The position numbers and the translations under genes were made by a program. Source: a virus (taxonomy: Duplodnaviria > Caudoviricetes). From it: a stretch of DNA of 40,979 nt. Of the stretch, positions 9,877-18,118 are shown in pieces (position 1 is the first letter of the stretch; every line of letters begins with the position of its first letter). The stretch is taken from positions 1 to 40,979 of IMG/VR virus record IMGVR_UViG_3300049828_000132; one strand, given 5' to 3'. The notes below the pieces were generated by a model, which was not told where the DNA came from, did not search any database, and worked only from the letters and a program-made list of their open reading frames with translations.

Positions 9877-10386
9877 ATGGCCGACTTTCTGCCGGCCTAC
9901 GAGGCCATGATCCGCAACGAGGGGGGTTACGTCCTGCACAACGTGCCGGGCGACCGGGGCGGCATGACCTATGCCGGCATAGCGCGGAACATGAACCCGA
10001 CCTGGGCCGGCTGGGAGATCATCGACCAGGGCGGCACGCCGCCGGCCGACATGGTTCGCCACTTCTACCGCACGAGGTTCTGGGCGCCGATCTGCGGCGA
10101 CGAGCTCGCGCACCAGACCATCGCGCAGTGCATTTTCGACTTCGGCGTCAACACCGGCGTCGGGGTGGCCGCGAAGCTGGCGCAGCTCGTCGTGGGCGCG
10201 ACGCCCGACGGGCAGATCGGGCCGCGCACGGTGGTGGCGCTCAACGCCTACGACCCCGACCGATTCGTCATGGCCTACGCCCTGGCGAAGATCGCCCGCT
10301 ACCGGGACATCGTGTCCCGCGACCGTACCCAGCAGAAGTTCCTGCTGGGCTGGATCAATCGCACGCTCAAGGGGGTGGCCGCATGA
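9877..10386 (+). CDS. Endolysin, glycoside hydrolase family 108 with C-terminal peptidoglycan-binding domain
   Basis: EGGYV...DRGGMTYAGI catalytic motif, FDFGVNTG, DGQIGPRT, KFLLGWINR. Confidence 0.92.
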   Translation: MADFLPAYEAMIRNEGGYVLHNVPGDRGGMTYAGIARNMNPTWAGWEIIDQGGTPPADMVRHFYRTRFWAPICGDELAHQTIAQCIFDFGVNTGVGVAAKLAQLVVGATPDGQIGPRTVVALNAYDPDRFVMAYALAKIARYRDIVSRDRTQQKFLLGWINRTLKGVAA

Positions 10387-10796
10387 ACTTCCTGGGCATT
10401 GGTGCCGTGATCGACTCGGTGGGCAAGATCGCCGGCGATCTCATCACGACCGACAAGGAGCGCCTGGAGCTGGCGCTGCGCGAGAAGGAGCTGGATCAGC
10501 GCCTGGACCTGGCGCAGCTCGACGTGAACAAGGTCGAGGCCCAGCACGCGAGTCTGTTCGTGGCCGGCTGGCGCCCGGCGATAGGGTGGATCGGCGCGGC
10601 GGCGATGGCCTACCAGTTCCTGCTGTACCCGGTAATGCTCTGGGGCTGGGTCTGGATGCAGGGCTCCGGCTGGATTCCCAAGGAGCTCGCGCCGCCCCCG
10701 GTGCTCGACGCCGACCAGCTCTGGGTGATCCTGTCCGGGATGCTCGGGATCGCCGGCCTGCGCAGCGTGGAGAAGGTCAAGGGCGTAGCCCGCTGA
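10383..10796 (+). CDS. Holin, GTA-type 3TM family
   Basis: NKVEA.HASLFVAGWRPAIGW and MLGIAGLRSVEK motifs; ATGA overlap with the endolysin stop. Confidence 0.85.
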   Translation: MNFLGIGAVIDSVGKIAGDLITTDKERLELALREKELDQRLDLAQLDVNKVEAQHASLFVAGWRPAIGWIGAAAMAYQFLLYPVMLWGWVWMQGSGWIPKELAPPPVLDADQLWVILSGMLGIAGLRSVEKVKGVAR

Positions 10797-10811
10797 CCTG
10801 CTGGCGCTGGT

Positions 10812-11195
10812 CTAGCGTTTGTTCCGCGGCGGTGGACGGAATCCACCCATGTCGGCGACGAGCGCAATGATGCCCTGGAGCACTGTATCGAGGGGGTTAT
10901 CGCGGCAGTGCTTGTCCAGATACGCAAGGACCGTGTGGTCGGCAGGGAACTGGTTGATCTGGGGGTGCGTACTCCATTGGTTGTACGCGGTCATGTAGCC
11001 CCAGGTCCAGGCCACGACGGTGTCGGCGTCCGCTCGGTCTGCTCGATACTGAAGGTACTTTCCGCATTCGACGTTGCCGTGGCCCCCGCTAGTAAAAGCG
11101 CGCTGCGCATTGGCTGCCGGGGTGGCGACGCACGCGATGGCCAGGGCGGCAGCGAGAAGGGTGGTCTTGGTCGGTCGGCGCATGACCGAAAGCAT
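10812..11195 (-). CDS. Exported protein, HdeA/Rap1a-like fold (accessory gene); start 11195 or 11183
   Basis: Signal-peptide-like N-terminus (RRPTKTTLLAAALAIACVATPAANA); C..Y...W..GY...YLDKHCRDNP two-cysteine pattern. Confidence 0.6.
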   Translation of the reverse strand: MLSVMRRPTKTTLLAAALAIACVATPAANAQRAFTSGGHGNVECGKYLQYRADRADADTVVAWTWGYMTAYNQWSTHPQINQFPADHTVLAYLDKHCRDNPLDTVLQGIIALVADMGGFRPPPRNKR

Positions 11196-11206
11196 AGCGC
11201 GGAACC

Positions 11207-11415
11207 TGTCCAATACTTCGAGCTGACCCCCCGGAAACGCCCGAGAAAAAGTGCGGTTGTAGTCGCGTCCTGAATTGGACACCGGGGCGGTCTTTCTCCT
11301 GAAAGATCAGGCGCTTACCGCACAATTTCGACGTCCTGACCGAATTTATGGATCGCCTGGATAACCGCTTGGATGCTAGGACTTGTCCAATACTTTGGGC
11401 ATTTGTCCAAAACTC
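11207..11415. other. Putative attP region with integrase arm-type repeats (TGTCCAA)
   Basis: TGTCCAATACTT at 11207 and 11384, TGTCCAAAACTC at 11404, inverted TTGGACA at 11275; they flank a non-coding gap at the integrase 3' end. Confidence 0.6.
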
Positions 11416-12362
11416 GGACCCTCGACGACCGGCACCGTGCGGTCGCGCAGGTATCGCCGGGTCATCTTGCGGTCGGTGTGGCCGAGCAGTTTCTGGGCGT
11501 CAATCCCCTGGGCCTCGGCCTCGGTCCCCGACATAGCGCGCAGGTCGTGGATGTTCGCGTCCTCGACGCCGGCGTCCCGGCACGCCTTGCGCCAGCGCTT
11601 CCAGATCATCGTGTAGGTCGGTGCCTGGGCGCGAGTACCCTTGAGCAAGAATAGGCCCACCACGGGGCCGTGCAGGGCCTTGGCCTGGTCGACGACGGCG
11701 CGCAGCTCGGGCGTCCATGCCACCACCAGGCGGGCACCGGTTTTCTGCTGCTTGAAGTAGATGCCGTCGTCGCCCAGGTCGGCGCGCTTGATCGTCAGGA
11801 CGTCGCCCACGCGCTGGCCGGTGAGGTAGCACAAGTCCATGACGACTTGCAGCAGCGGCCCGGCCTTGGCGTAGATCGCCCGGTACTCACTGGGCAGCAG
11901 GCGGCGGGTGCGGGCGTGCTGCGCCAGGCGCTTGATGCCGACGCACGGGTTGGACTCGACGAGCTCCTCGTCCAGCGCATAGTCGAACACCATGCGCAAC
12001 ACGCCGATGGTACGGTTGGCCACGGCGTAGGAGTCGGACATCGAGCGGCGAATCTGGGCGATGTGCCGGGGCGTCACTTGGGTCGGGGCGAACTCGGCCA
12101 GGATTTCTTGCAGCCGGCGCGCTGCCACGTTGTACTGCGCGATGGTCGTGTCGGCCTTACCCTTGAGGATGTGCGGCATCGCCTCCTCGATCAACGCGGC
12201 CATGCCACCCTTGGGCTGCGCGTGCAGCCTGGCGTATTCAGCCAGGGCGTCGGGTAGTTTGGTCGCCAGGCGCGTCCACTTACCGGCCTTGACGTAGTAG
12301 AACGCCCCGTGCCGGTGGTAGACGCAGGGCGGGAGATTGCGGTTGTGTTTGCGCGGGCGCAT
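11376..12362 (-). CDS. int: Tyrosine integrase
   Basis: TGQRVGDVL (R), QQKTG (K), HDLR (HxxR), LLGH and RRYLR (Y) catalytic motifs; start at MRPRKHNRNLP. Confidence 0.95.
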   Translation of the reverse strand: MRPRKHNRNLPPCVYHRHGAFYYVKAGKWTRLATKLPDALAEYARLHAQPKGGMAALIEEAMPHILKGKADTTIAQYNVAARRLQEILAEFAPTQVTPRHIAQIRRSMSDSYAVANRTIGVLRMVFDYALDEELVESNPCVGIKRLAQHARTRRLLPSEYRAIYAKAGPLLQVVMDLCYLTGQRVGDVLTIKRADLGDDGIYFKQQKTGARLVVAWTPELRAVVDQAKALHGPVVGLFLLKGTRAQAPTYTMIWKRWRKACRDAGVEDANIHDLRAMSGTEAEAQGIDAQKLLGHTDRKMTRRYLRDRTVPVVEGPSFGQMPKVLDKS

Positions 12363-12501
12363 GGATGTCTCGGGTGAACACGACCAGCGACCCGTCAGGG
12401 CGCTGCCGGTATGGTACGCCCAGGGCTTCGAGAACCCGGCGCTGGGCACCTCGCCGGGTTCGCTTGGTCAGCTCGTGGAGTTGCTCGTCGGTCAGGATCA
12501 C
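12280..12501 (-). CDS. Excisionase-like protein (DUF4224 type)
   Basis: GTG start, (M)ILTDEQLHELTKRTRRGAQRRVLEALGVPYRQRPDGSLVV; overlaps the integrase 5' end. Confidence 0.8.
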   Translation of the reverse strand: MILTDEQLHELTKRTRRGAQRRVLEALGVPYRQRPDGSLVVFTRDIHAPAQTQPQSPALRLPPARGVLLRQGR

Positions 12502-12502
12502 G

Positions 12503-12682
12503 TCAGTCGAGTCCGTACTTGTCGCGGCAGCGGGCGCAGGTCCCGTTGACCAGGCGGCCGGTCCACTCGCCGCACAGGTCGCACTCGCCGGGCTTACCTG
12601 GCGGGATGTCCTTGGAGTTTCGGCGGATCGCGTCGCGGGTGGCGATCTCCTCGCGCTCTTGAGCCAGGTCGATCTCATCCAT
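12503..12682 (-). CDS. DksA/TraR-like C4 zinc-finger protein (59 aa; not in ORF track)
   Basis: Translated by hand: MDEIDLAQEREE...ECDLCGEWTGRLVNGTCARCRDKYGLD; DxxDxA-like N-terminus plus two CxxC. Confidence 0.75.
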   Translation of the reverse strand: MDEIDLAQEREEIATRDAIRRNSKDIPPGKPGECDLCGEWTGRLVNGTCARCRDKYGLD

Positions 12683-12902
12683 GCTTGCGGCCCTCCAGCT
12701 CGATCAGCAGGTCGATGTAGTGCCGGGCCTTCTCCAGGTCCTTGATGCCACCCTTGGCGCGCCAGCGGCTCACGTACTTGATGACGTTGCCCTCGAAGAA
12801 CCCGATGCCGTTGGCGTGGATGAATTCGACCGGCTGGATTGGCAGGTCCTTGTAGTGGTCGCCGGCGATCTGCACGGCGAGGGGGCTGGTCTTGTCGGTC
12901 AT
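12675..12902 (-). CDS. DUF3310 / SaV-like protein
   Basis: GDHYK...IQPVEFI...GFFEGNVIKYVSRW..KGG..DLEKARHY motif. Confidence 0.88.
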   Translation of the reverse strand: MTDKTSPLAVQIAGDHYKDLPIQPVEFIHANGIGFFEGNVIKYVSRWRAKGGIKDLEKARHYIDLLIELEGRKHG

Positions 12903-13045
12903 TGGCACGCCTCACAGGTTCCTTCGCCCGACAAGTCGCAGGCTTTGCCCAGCGGGAAGTCGTTGTCGTCCTGGGACGGTGGGGTCGTCTTACCCTCATC
13001 AGTGAGGGAGACATCTGGCTGGGGTTGTGTGTTGTCGTTGTTCAT
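12899..13045 (-). CDS. 48-aa acidic mini-protein with C-terminal CEACQ (not in ORF track)
   Basis: Translated by hand: MNNDNTQPQPDVSLTDEGKTTPPSQDDNDFPLGKACDLSGEGTCEACQ; ATGA overlaps with both neighbours. Confidence 0.75.
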   Translation of the reverse strand: MNNDNTQPQPDVSLTDEGKTTPPSQDDNDFPLGKACDLSGEGTCEACQ

Positions 13046-14436
13046 TTCTTACGGGCTTTCATGGCTTCGAGCAGCAGGTCCTGCACGGCGCGCTTGCTGT
13101 CGCGTCGTGCCATGACCAGCTCGTCGACGGTGCCAGCGGCGACGATGTGGTGGATAAAAACCGGGCGGTCGTGCCCGGCTTGGGCTTGGCGCGTCGGGCC
13201 GATCCGTTCGACGATCTGCTGGTATTCCTCAAGGTTCCACCAGTGACCGAAGAACGCGAGGATGTTCCCGCCGTCCTGCAAGTTCAGGCCGTGCCCGGCG
13301 CTGGCCGGGTGGGCGAACAGGACGGGAATCTTTCCGGCGTTCCAGTCCCTGATCGTCTGCGGATCAGCGTCGAGTACGCGTCCCCTGGGGAAAGCCTTCA
13401 GCAGCCGGGCCAGGTCAGACTTGAAGTGATAGGCCACCAGCACGGGCATACCCGCTGCCTCCTCGACGATTTCCTCCAGGGCTTGGAGCTTGACGTCGTG
13501 GACCTCGCTGAACTTGGTGCACGAGTCGTCGGTGTAGACCGCACCATTGGCAAGTTGCAGGCACTTGATTGTCTTGCTGGCCGCGTTGAACGCCTCGACC
13601 TCGGACCCGTCGATCTCCATGAACATCTCGCGCTCCATGTCCCGGTAGAGCTGGCGGGCCTTTGCCGGCAGCTCGACGCGGATCACGTTCACGATGGGCT
13701 CGTCGATGTTGAAGTAGTCGCGGGGGTCCAGGCTGATGCAGATGTCGCGCAGCTTGTCCTCGATCTGCTCACGGGCAAAGGGTAGGGGCTCCAGGCGGAT
13801 CGCGTGGCGGTCGCTGCCGACTTGCTCACTGCGGAACCAGCGGTCGATGAACGCCTGGTATGACCGACCCAGGCGCACGCCGGCGTCCAGGAACCACGCC
13901 TGCCCCCACAAGTCCTGCAAGCCGTTGGGGCTGGGTGTGCCGGTGAGCTCGATGAACCGGCTCGCGTGCTTGTGTGCAACCTTGGCCAGGGCCTGGGCGC
14001 GCTGGCCACCTTGGCGCAGGCGGAAACCTTTGAGCTTGGTCGACTCGTCGGCGACGATCTTCTTGAATGGCCACTTGCCGTCGAGGTGTTCGACCAGCCA
14101 GGGCAGTTGCTCGTAGTTCGTGGTGTAGACCGACGCAGGCCGGCGCAGTGCGGCGCGTCGCTCGTCGGGTGTGCCCACGACCGCCGACACCTCGATGTTG
14201 CGCAGGTGGTTCCACTTCTTGGCCTCGTCGGGCCAGGTCGAGCTGGCGACGCGCAGCGGTGCGATCACCAGGGTTGGGCCGGGCTCGACCAGTTCGAGCA
14301 TGTCCAGGGCGGTGAGCGTGCTCACGGTCTTGCCCATGCCCATGCCGGCCCAGATGCCCGAGCGTTCCAGATCGACCGCGTGGTCGATGATCGCGTGCTG
14401 GTAGCTGCGCGGGGTGAAGTCCTGGCGGGCGCTCAT
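13042..14436 (-). CDS. SNF2-family (SF2) helicase
   Basis: GMGMGKT, IVADES, LTGTP, GHGLNLQ, ERIGPTRQ; start at MSARQDFTPRSYQ. Confidence 0.92.
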   Translation of the reverse strand: MSARQDFTPRSYQHAIIDHAVDLERSGIWAGMGMGKTVSTLTALDMLELVEPGPTLVIAPLRVASSTWPDEAKKWNHLRNIEVSAVVGTPDERRAALRRPASVYTTNYEQLPWLVEHLDGKWPFKKIVADESTKLKGFRLRQGGQRAQALAKVAHKHASRFIELTGTPSPNGLQDLWGQAWFLDAGVRLGRSYQAFIDRWFRSEQVGSDRHAIRLEPLPFAREQIEDKLRDICISLDPRDYFNIDEPIVNVIRVELPAKARQLYRDMEREMFMEIDGSEVEAFNAASKTIKCLQLANGAVYTDDSCTKFSEVHDVKLQALEEIVEEAAGMPVLVAYHFKSDLARLLKAFPRGRVLDADPQTIRDWNAGKIPVLFAHPASAGHGLNLQDGGNILAFFGHWWNLEEYQQIVERIGPTRQAQAGHDRPVFIHHIVAAGTVDELVMARRDSKRAVQDLLLEAMKARKK

Positions 14437-14897
14437 GCTGTGATCCGGTGAACCCGACCGGTGCGCTCGCGCTTGCGGATGATCTCGATCCCGCGCTCGA
14501 TGTCGCCGACGGTGACGACCTCCATCTGCGCGTCGTGCAACTCCATCAGCTCGTTGAGCGACGCCATTTCGCTGGCGCGCAGGATGAACCGACCGTCGGC
14601 CAGCCCCCGGCGTCCGACCGAGATCAGCGCGGCCTGGCCCTCGCACATGACGGCCTCGTATTCCTTGCCGAACCCCAGGGTCCAGAGGGCCTCGATCATG
14701 TTGCTCATGGCGATCAGCGTGTCCATGTCGGCGCGCGTGGCATGGCCTCGGGTGAGGGCGGCCATCGCGCCGTGGTTCTTGATCTTCAGGTCGACCAGGT
14801 AGCTGTCGTGCTGGGTCACCGGCGTGATGCTTTCGACGACGTAGGCGACGGGGTTCGCGAGCACTGCGCGCGGGCGGTATTTGCTGCGTTTTCTCAT
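14433..14897 (-). CDS. Hypothetical phage protein
   Basis: 154-aa ORF coupled by 4-nt overlaps to both neighbours. Confidence 0.8.
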   Translation of the reverse strand: MRKRSKYRPRAVLANPVAYVVESITPVTQHDSYLVDLKIKNHGAMAALTRGHATRADMDTLIAMSNMIEALWTLGFGKEYEAVMCEGQAALISVGRRGLADGRFILRASEMASLNELMELHDAQMEVVTVGDIERGIEIIRKRERTGRVHRITA

Positions 14898-15382
14898 GCT
14901 GCGAGTCTTGCGAATGGGTTGGTGTAGTCCTGCCAGGTGACGCCGCGCTTGATGACGCTGACGGTCGCCTGGCTGACGCCGAAGCGGGCGGCGATGTCGT
15001 CTTGCTTGCCGTCGGCCTCGCGGATCGCGAGCGCCTGCTCCAGGGTCAGCTTGCTGCGCAGGCGTGCCTGGTCCGATACGCGCTTGCGACGCACCGGGTT
15101 CGAGGTGTAGTTCGACTCGGTGACGGTGCGGACCTGCACGCGCTGCCGGGTGGTCGGCGCGATGTGCTCAGGGTTCACGCACTCGGCATTGCCGCACGTG
15201 TAGGTGGCCAGGCGCTTGTCCAGGTTCACGCCCTGGTCGAGCAGGATGAACCGGCGCACGGCACCGACGCGGCCTTGCCAGCGCATCGTGGGCACTGAGC
15301 CGCACGACTGCAGCGCACCGGTCCAGTTCCAGCAGTCGCCCTCCTCGACGACGTGCTTCTTGATGGTGTCGATCAGGGTCAT
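14894..15382 (-). CDS. HNH-like protein (apparently degenerate) with C-terminal HTH
   Basis: CWNWTGA, CGNAECVNPEH, then KLT...IR...IAARFGVSQATVSVIKRG. Confidence 0.75.
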   Translation of the reverse strand: MTLIDTIKKHVVEEGDCWNWTGALQSCGSVPTMRWQGRVGAVRRFILLDQGVNLDKRLATYTCGNAECVNPEHIAPTTRQRVQVRTVTESNYTSNPVRRKRVSDQARLRSKLTLEQALAIREADGKQDDIAARFGVSQATVSVIKRGVTWQDYTNPFARLAA

Positions 15383-15717
15383 CCCAGCAGCTCCTCGACG
15401 CCGGCGAGCGAGTCGATTACCTCGACGCGCTGACCCATCGCACGCATCCGCATGTGCTCGCGCACCTGGTGCGACTCGGGCTCGACGCCGGGGGCCTTGA
15501 GCTCGACCCAGATCGTGCGAGCGGCGCGCGTCCAGGGGAACGGATTGCAGATCGCACCGGGGCGAGTCACTCCGTCCCAAGCCGGCATGGTTTGCTGAGG
15601 CAACATCACCAGGCGGTCGGGCGCACCGCGGCGACCGATCCACTTCACTTTGCGCACCTCGCCGCCCATCGCGTTCACGCGCTTGACCAGGTAGTCCTCG
15701 ATGTCGCGCTCACGCAT
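15379..15717 (-). CDS. VRR-NUC domain nuclease (resolvase-like)
   Basis: MRERDIE...GAPDRLV...WVELKAPG....Q motif. Confidence 0.88.
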   Translation of the reverse strand: MRERDIEDYLVKRVNAMGGEVRKVKWIGRRGAPDRLVMLPQQTMPAWDGVTRPGAICNPFPWTRAARTIWVELKAPGVEPESHQVREHMRMRAMGQRVEVIDSLAGVEELLG

Positions 15718-15793
15718 AGGCGACCTTTCGGCACTGCGTTGCGCGGGCAGGACAGTCGCGACCCTGTGTGCAGTCGTAGTCGCAGCAGTTCAT
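15710..15793 (-). CDS. 27-aa Cys-rich peptide
   Basis: Translated by hand: MNCCDYDCTQGRDCPARATQCRKVAYA; fills the gap and overlaps both neighbours. Confidence 0.5.
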   Translation of the reverse strand: MNCCDYDCTQGRDCPARATQCRKVAYA

Positions 15794-15912
15794 GGCAGCA
15801 ACCCCCAGCCCACGTTCAGGAAGAACCAGGTCACGCGGGCGAGGGCACCGAGCAACAACACGGTGACGACCCAAAGACCGCCCAGCATCAGCCAGTTGAG
15901 CGCGGCCTTCAT
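15790..15912 (-). CDS. 40-aa membrane peptide
   Basis: MKAALNWLMLGGLWVVTVLLLGALARVTWFFLNVGWGLLP; ATGA overlap with the upstream gene. Confidence 0.6.
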   Translation of the reverse strand: MKAALNWLMLGGLWVVTVLLLGALARVTWFFLNVGWGLLP

Positions 15913-16070
15913 GCCGTCGCCCCTTGCAGGCGAGCGAGCAGGCGGAACTTGCGCCAGGTGCGCGTGACGTCGGTCTTGGCCGAGTCGCGCCATTTGAATT
16001 TCGGGTCGGTCAGGTGACGGCTGGGCATCGTGACCTTGGCGCGGGTCGGTGCAAGCTGTTGGGCGTTCAT
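15909..16070 (-). CDS. Hypothetical protein
   Basis: AAGGAG RBS upstream of ATG 16070; FKWRDSAKTDVTRTW. Confidence 0.65.
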   Translation of the reverse strand: MNAQQLAPTRAKVTMPSRHLTDPKFKWRDSAKTDVTRTWRKFRLLARLQGATA

Positions 16071-16090
16071 TGGTGGGTTCTCCTTATGGT

Positions 16091-17893
16091 TCAAGCAGGA
16101 AGTGACTCGGGCACTGCGGCACCGATGTCGTCGAGGATCAAGTGGGCTTCGCGGATGTACCAGTCGAAGTCCACGTCGGCAGGGAACTGCGCGGGCAGCT
16201 CCATGAGGGGGCGGGCACCGTCACTGCGGGGGACGGTGTAGCCGTTGATCTTGTAGTTGATGGTCCCGGTGACGCCGGCGGCGTAGTACCAGCGCACGGC
16301 CTTGCCCAGGAACTGGTCGCCCTTGACAGCGCCGCCTTTGACCTGGCGGATCGTCACGAATTTGCGGATGTCGCGGCAGGCTCGGATCGTTTCCTCGACC
16401 GGCGTGCCGTCGATCAGGAACTTGACGACCGCGCCGGTGCAGACTTCGTTCGTCGGGTTCTTCTGCAAGCCGGCGGGCGCGTAGGCACCCTTGAGCTTGA
16501 ACCCGCCGTCTGGCTTGATCGCGATGTAGTTGTTGACGTCACGCGAGTAGAGGGCCCGGTAGTAGGTGGCCTCGGTGTCGAACCTGGTGGCCTGCTCCCA
16601 CTCCCAGACGATGAACTCCATCATCGCGACCTTGGACACCGGGCACTTGATGACGATGCCGTCGGTGTTGGCCGACACGACCGGGATACCCTCGGACTCC
16701 AGGGCCTCGATCAGCATCAGCAGGCAAAGCTGGCCGGTGAGGGTGGTCTGGATCAGCAGGTCGGGCGAGTAGAGCTTGGACCACTTGCTACCGAACTTGC
16801 CGAACGATCCGTTGATCGTGATCTTGAGCGCGTCGGCCGTGACCGAATCCTTGGCGCGCTTGGCATCCAGTCGGCGCTGGACGATCTCGCCGTAGACCGT
16901 GCTGAACGACTTGCCCATGTGCTTGGGCGCGAGCTCGGTGCGCAGGATGATCGCGGGGTAGTAGCTGGCCACGTCGCGGTCGACCAGGATGTGGTCGTCG
17001 TCGGCCATGTGCGCGGTGCTCTGCTCGCTGGAGTGCAGCCCGCCGATGCCCATGCGGTAGGTGCCCTGGCCGATGGTGATCTTCAGGTCGGCCAGCTCCT
17101 TGGGCATCATCACCTTGCCGCTGTCGGGCACGATGAACACCGACGTGTCGATGATTTTCTTGATCGGCGACATGACGGGGGTGGTCGTGTCGATGAAAGC
17201 CGGGAACCGGTACTTGAACTGGGTGCCGCCCGGCACCTCGGGGCGCTTGATGTCGCGGCCCACGGCCTGGCTGACCTGCCGGCCGATGACGGCCTCGGCG
17301 ATCTGGGCGTCGGACTTGCTGCGCAGGTCGATGCCGTACTGCTCGCTCATGCGCTCGCGCAGCTCGATCTGGGGCAGCAGCTTGCGGTACAGGTTGAGCG
17401 TGGTGGCCAGGTCGTTGGCGCAGTAGGTGCGCAGGTCCTCGCGGTCGCTGGCGCTGATCGACGCATCGGGCTCGATGGGCAGGTCCTGCATCTTGGCGCA
17501 GTGCAGCCGGCCGCCGTAAATCTTCAGGCTGGCGGTGCCGGGGGCGACTTCGATCAGGTCGATGTGGTCGAGGGCCTTGGGCACCTCGATGTTGAACTGC
17601 TGCTCGAACTGCCAGCCGCGCAGGTTGTTCTGGATGATGGCGTCGCAGCCCTTTTTGATGAGCGCGTTGTCACTGCCGCGCAGCGCCAGCATCAGCAGCG
17701 GGATGTCGAAGTTCAGGCCGTTGAACGTGACCAGGCGGTACTTCTTCAGGATCGCGCGCACGGTGGCCACGTCGAACGCCTGGCCGTCGTACATCTCGAA
17801 GGCGCGCACGTTGCCGGTGTCGACGTTCTTGAACATGGCCAGGAAGTAGTCCCGGTAGATTTCCAGGTCGAGGATCAGGGTGGGCTTACTCAT
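16091..17893 (-). CDS. DNA polymerase, family B-like, with N-terminal 3'-5' exonuclease
   Basis: Exo motifs DLEIY, FNGLNFD, YCAND; polymerase motifs DVASYYP, KITINGSFGK, NTDG, DVNNY. Confidence 0.9.
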   Translation of the reverse strand: MSKPTLILDLEIYRDYFLAMFKNVDTGNVRAFEMYDGQAFDVATVRAILKKYRLVTFNGLNFDIPLLMLALRGSDNALIKKGCDAIIQNNLRGWQFEQQFNIEVPKALDHIDLIEVAPGTASLKIYGGRLHCAKMQDLPIEPDASISASDREDLRTYCANDLATTLNLYRKLLPQIELRERMSEQYGIDLRSKSDAQIAEAVIGRQVSQAVGRDIKRPEVPGGTQFKYRFPAFIDTTTPVMSPIKKIIDTSVFIVPDSGKVMMPKELADLKITIGQGTYRMGIGGLHSSEQSTAHMADDDHILVDRDVASYYPAIILRTELAPKHMGKSFSTVYGEIVQRRLDAKRAKDSVTADALKITINGSFGKFGSKWSKLYSPDLLIQTTLTGQLCLLMLIEALESEGIPVVSANTDGIVIKCPVSKVAMMEFIVWEWEQATRFDTEATYYRALYSRDVNNYIAIKPDGGFKLKGAYAPAGLQKNPTNEVCTGAVVKFLIDGTPVEETIRACRDIRKFVTIRQVKGGAVKGDQFLGKAVRWYYAAGVTGTINYKINGYTVPRSDGARPLMELPAQFPADVDFDWYIREAHLILDDIGAAVPESLPA

Positions 17894-17902
17894 GCTCGAC
17901 CC

Positions 17903-18091
17903 TCAATCGGCGCGGTGATTGAACTCGGCGCTGGTGATGTTCTCGCCGGGCACCATGCCGACCTGCATCACGACCTTGTTGTAGCTCTCGACGTAGACAA
18001 CCTCGGGTTGCTCGATGCCGTGCTTGGCGGCGTAGTCCTGGAGCGCCTCGCGCAGCTCGGAAAGGGTGATCGTCAGGGCTTGAATCTTCAT
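17903..18091 (-). CDS. Hypothetical protein (62 aa)
   Basis: MKIQALTITLSELREALQDY..., with a purine-rich upstream sequence; phage-like codon usage. Confidence 0.65.
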   Translation of the reverse strand: MKIQALTITLSELREALQDYAAKHGIEQPEVVYVESYNKVVMQVGMVPGENITSAEFNHRAD

Positions 18092-18118
18092 GTCGTTCTT
18101 TCTGTGTCTGTGACCGTT

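Noticed and set aside
11310-11380. Host gene fragment or tRNA end as the att core
   Set aside because: Could not be matched to any gene I recognise without a search.
12280-13014. 244-aa ORF as a single gene
   Set aside because: Only 12280-12501 is xis-like; the upstream part overlaps three better small genes in other frames.
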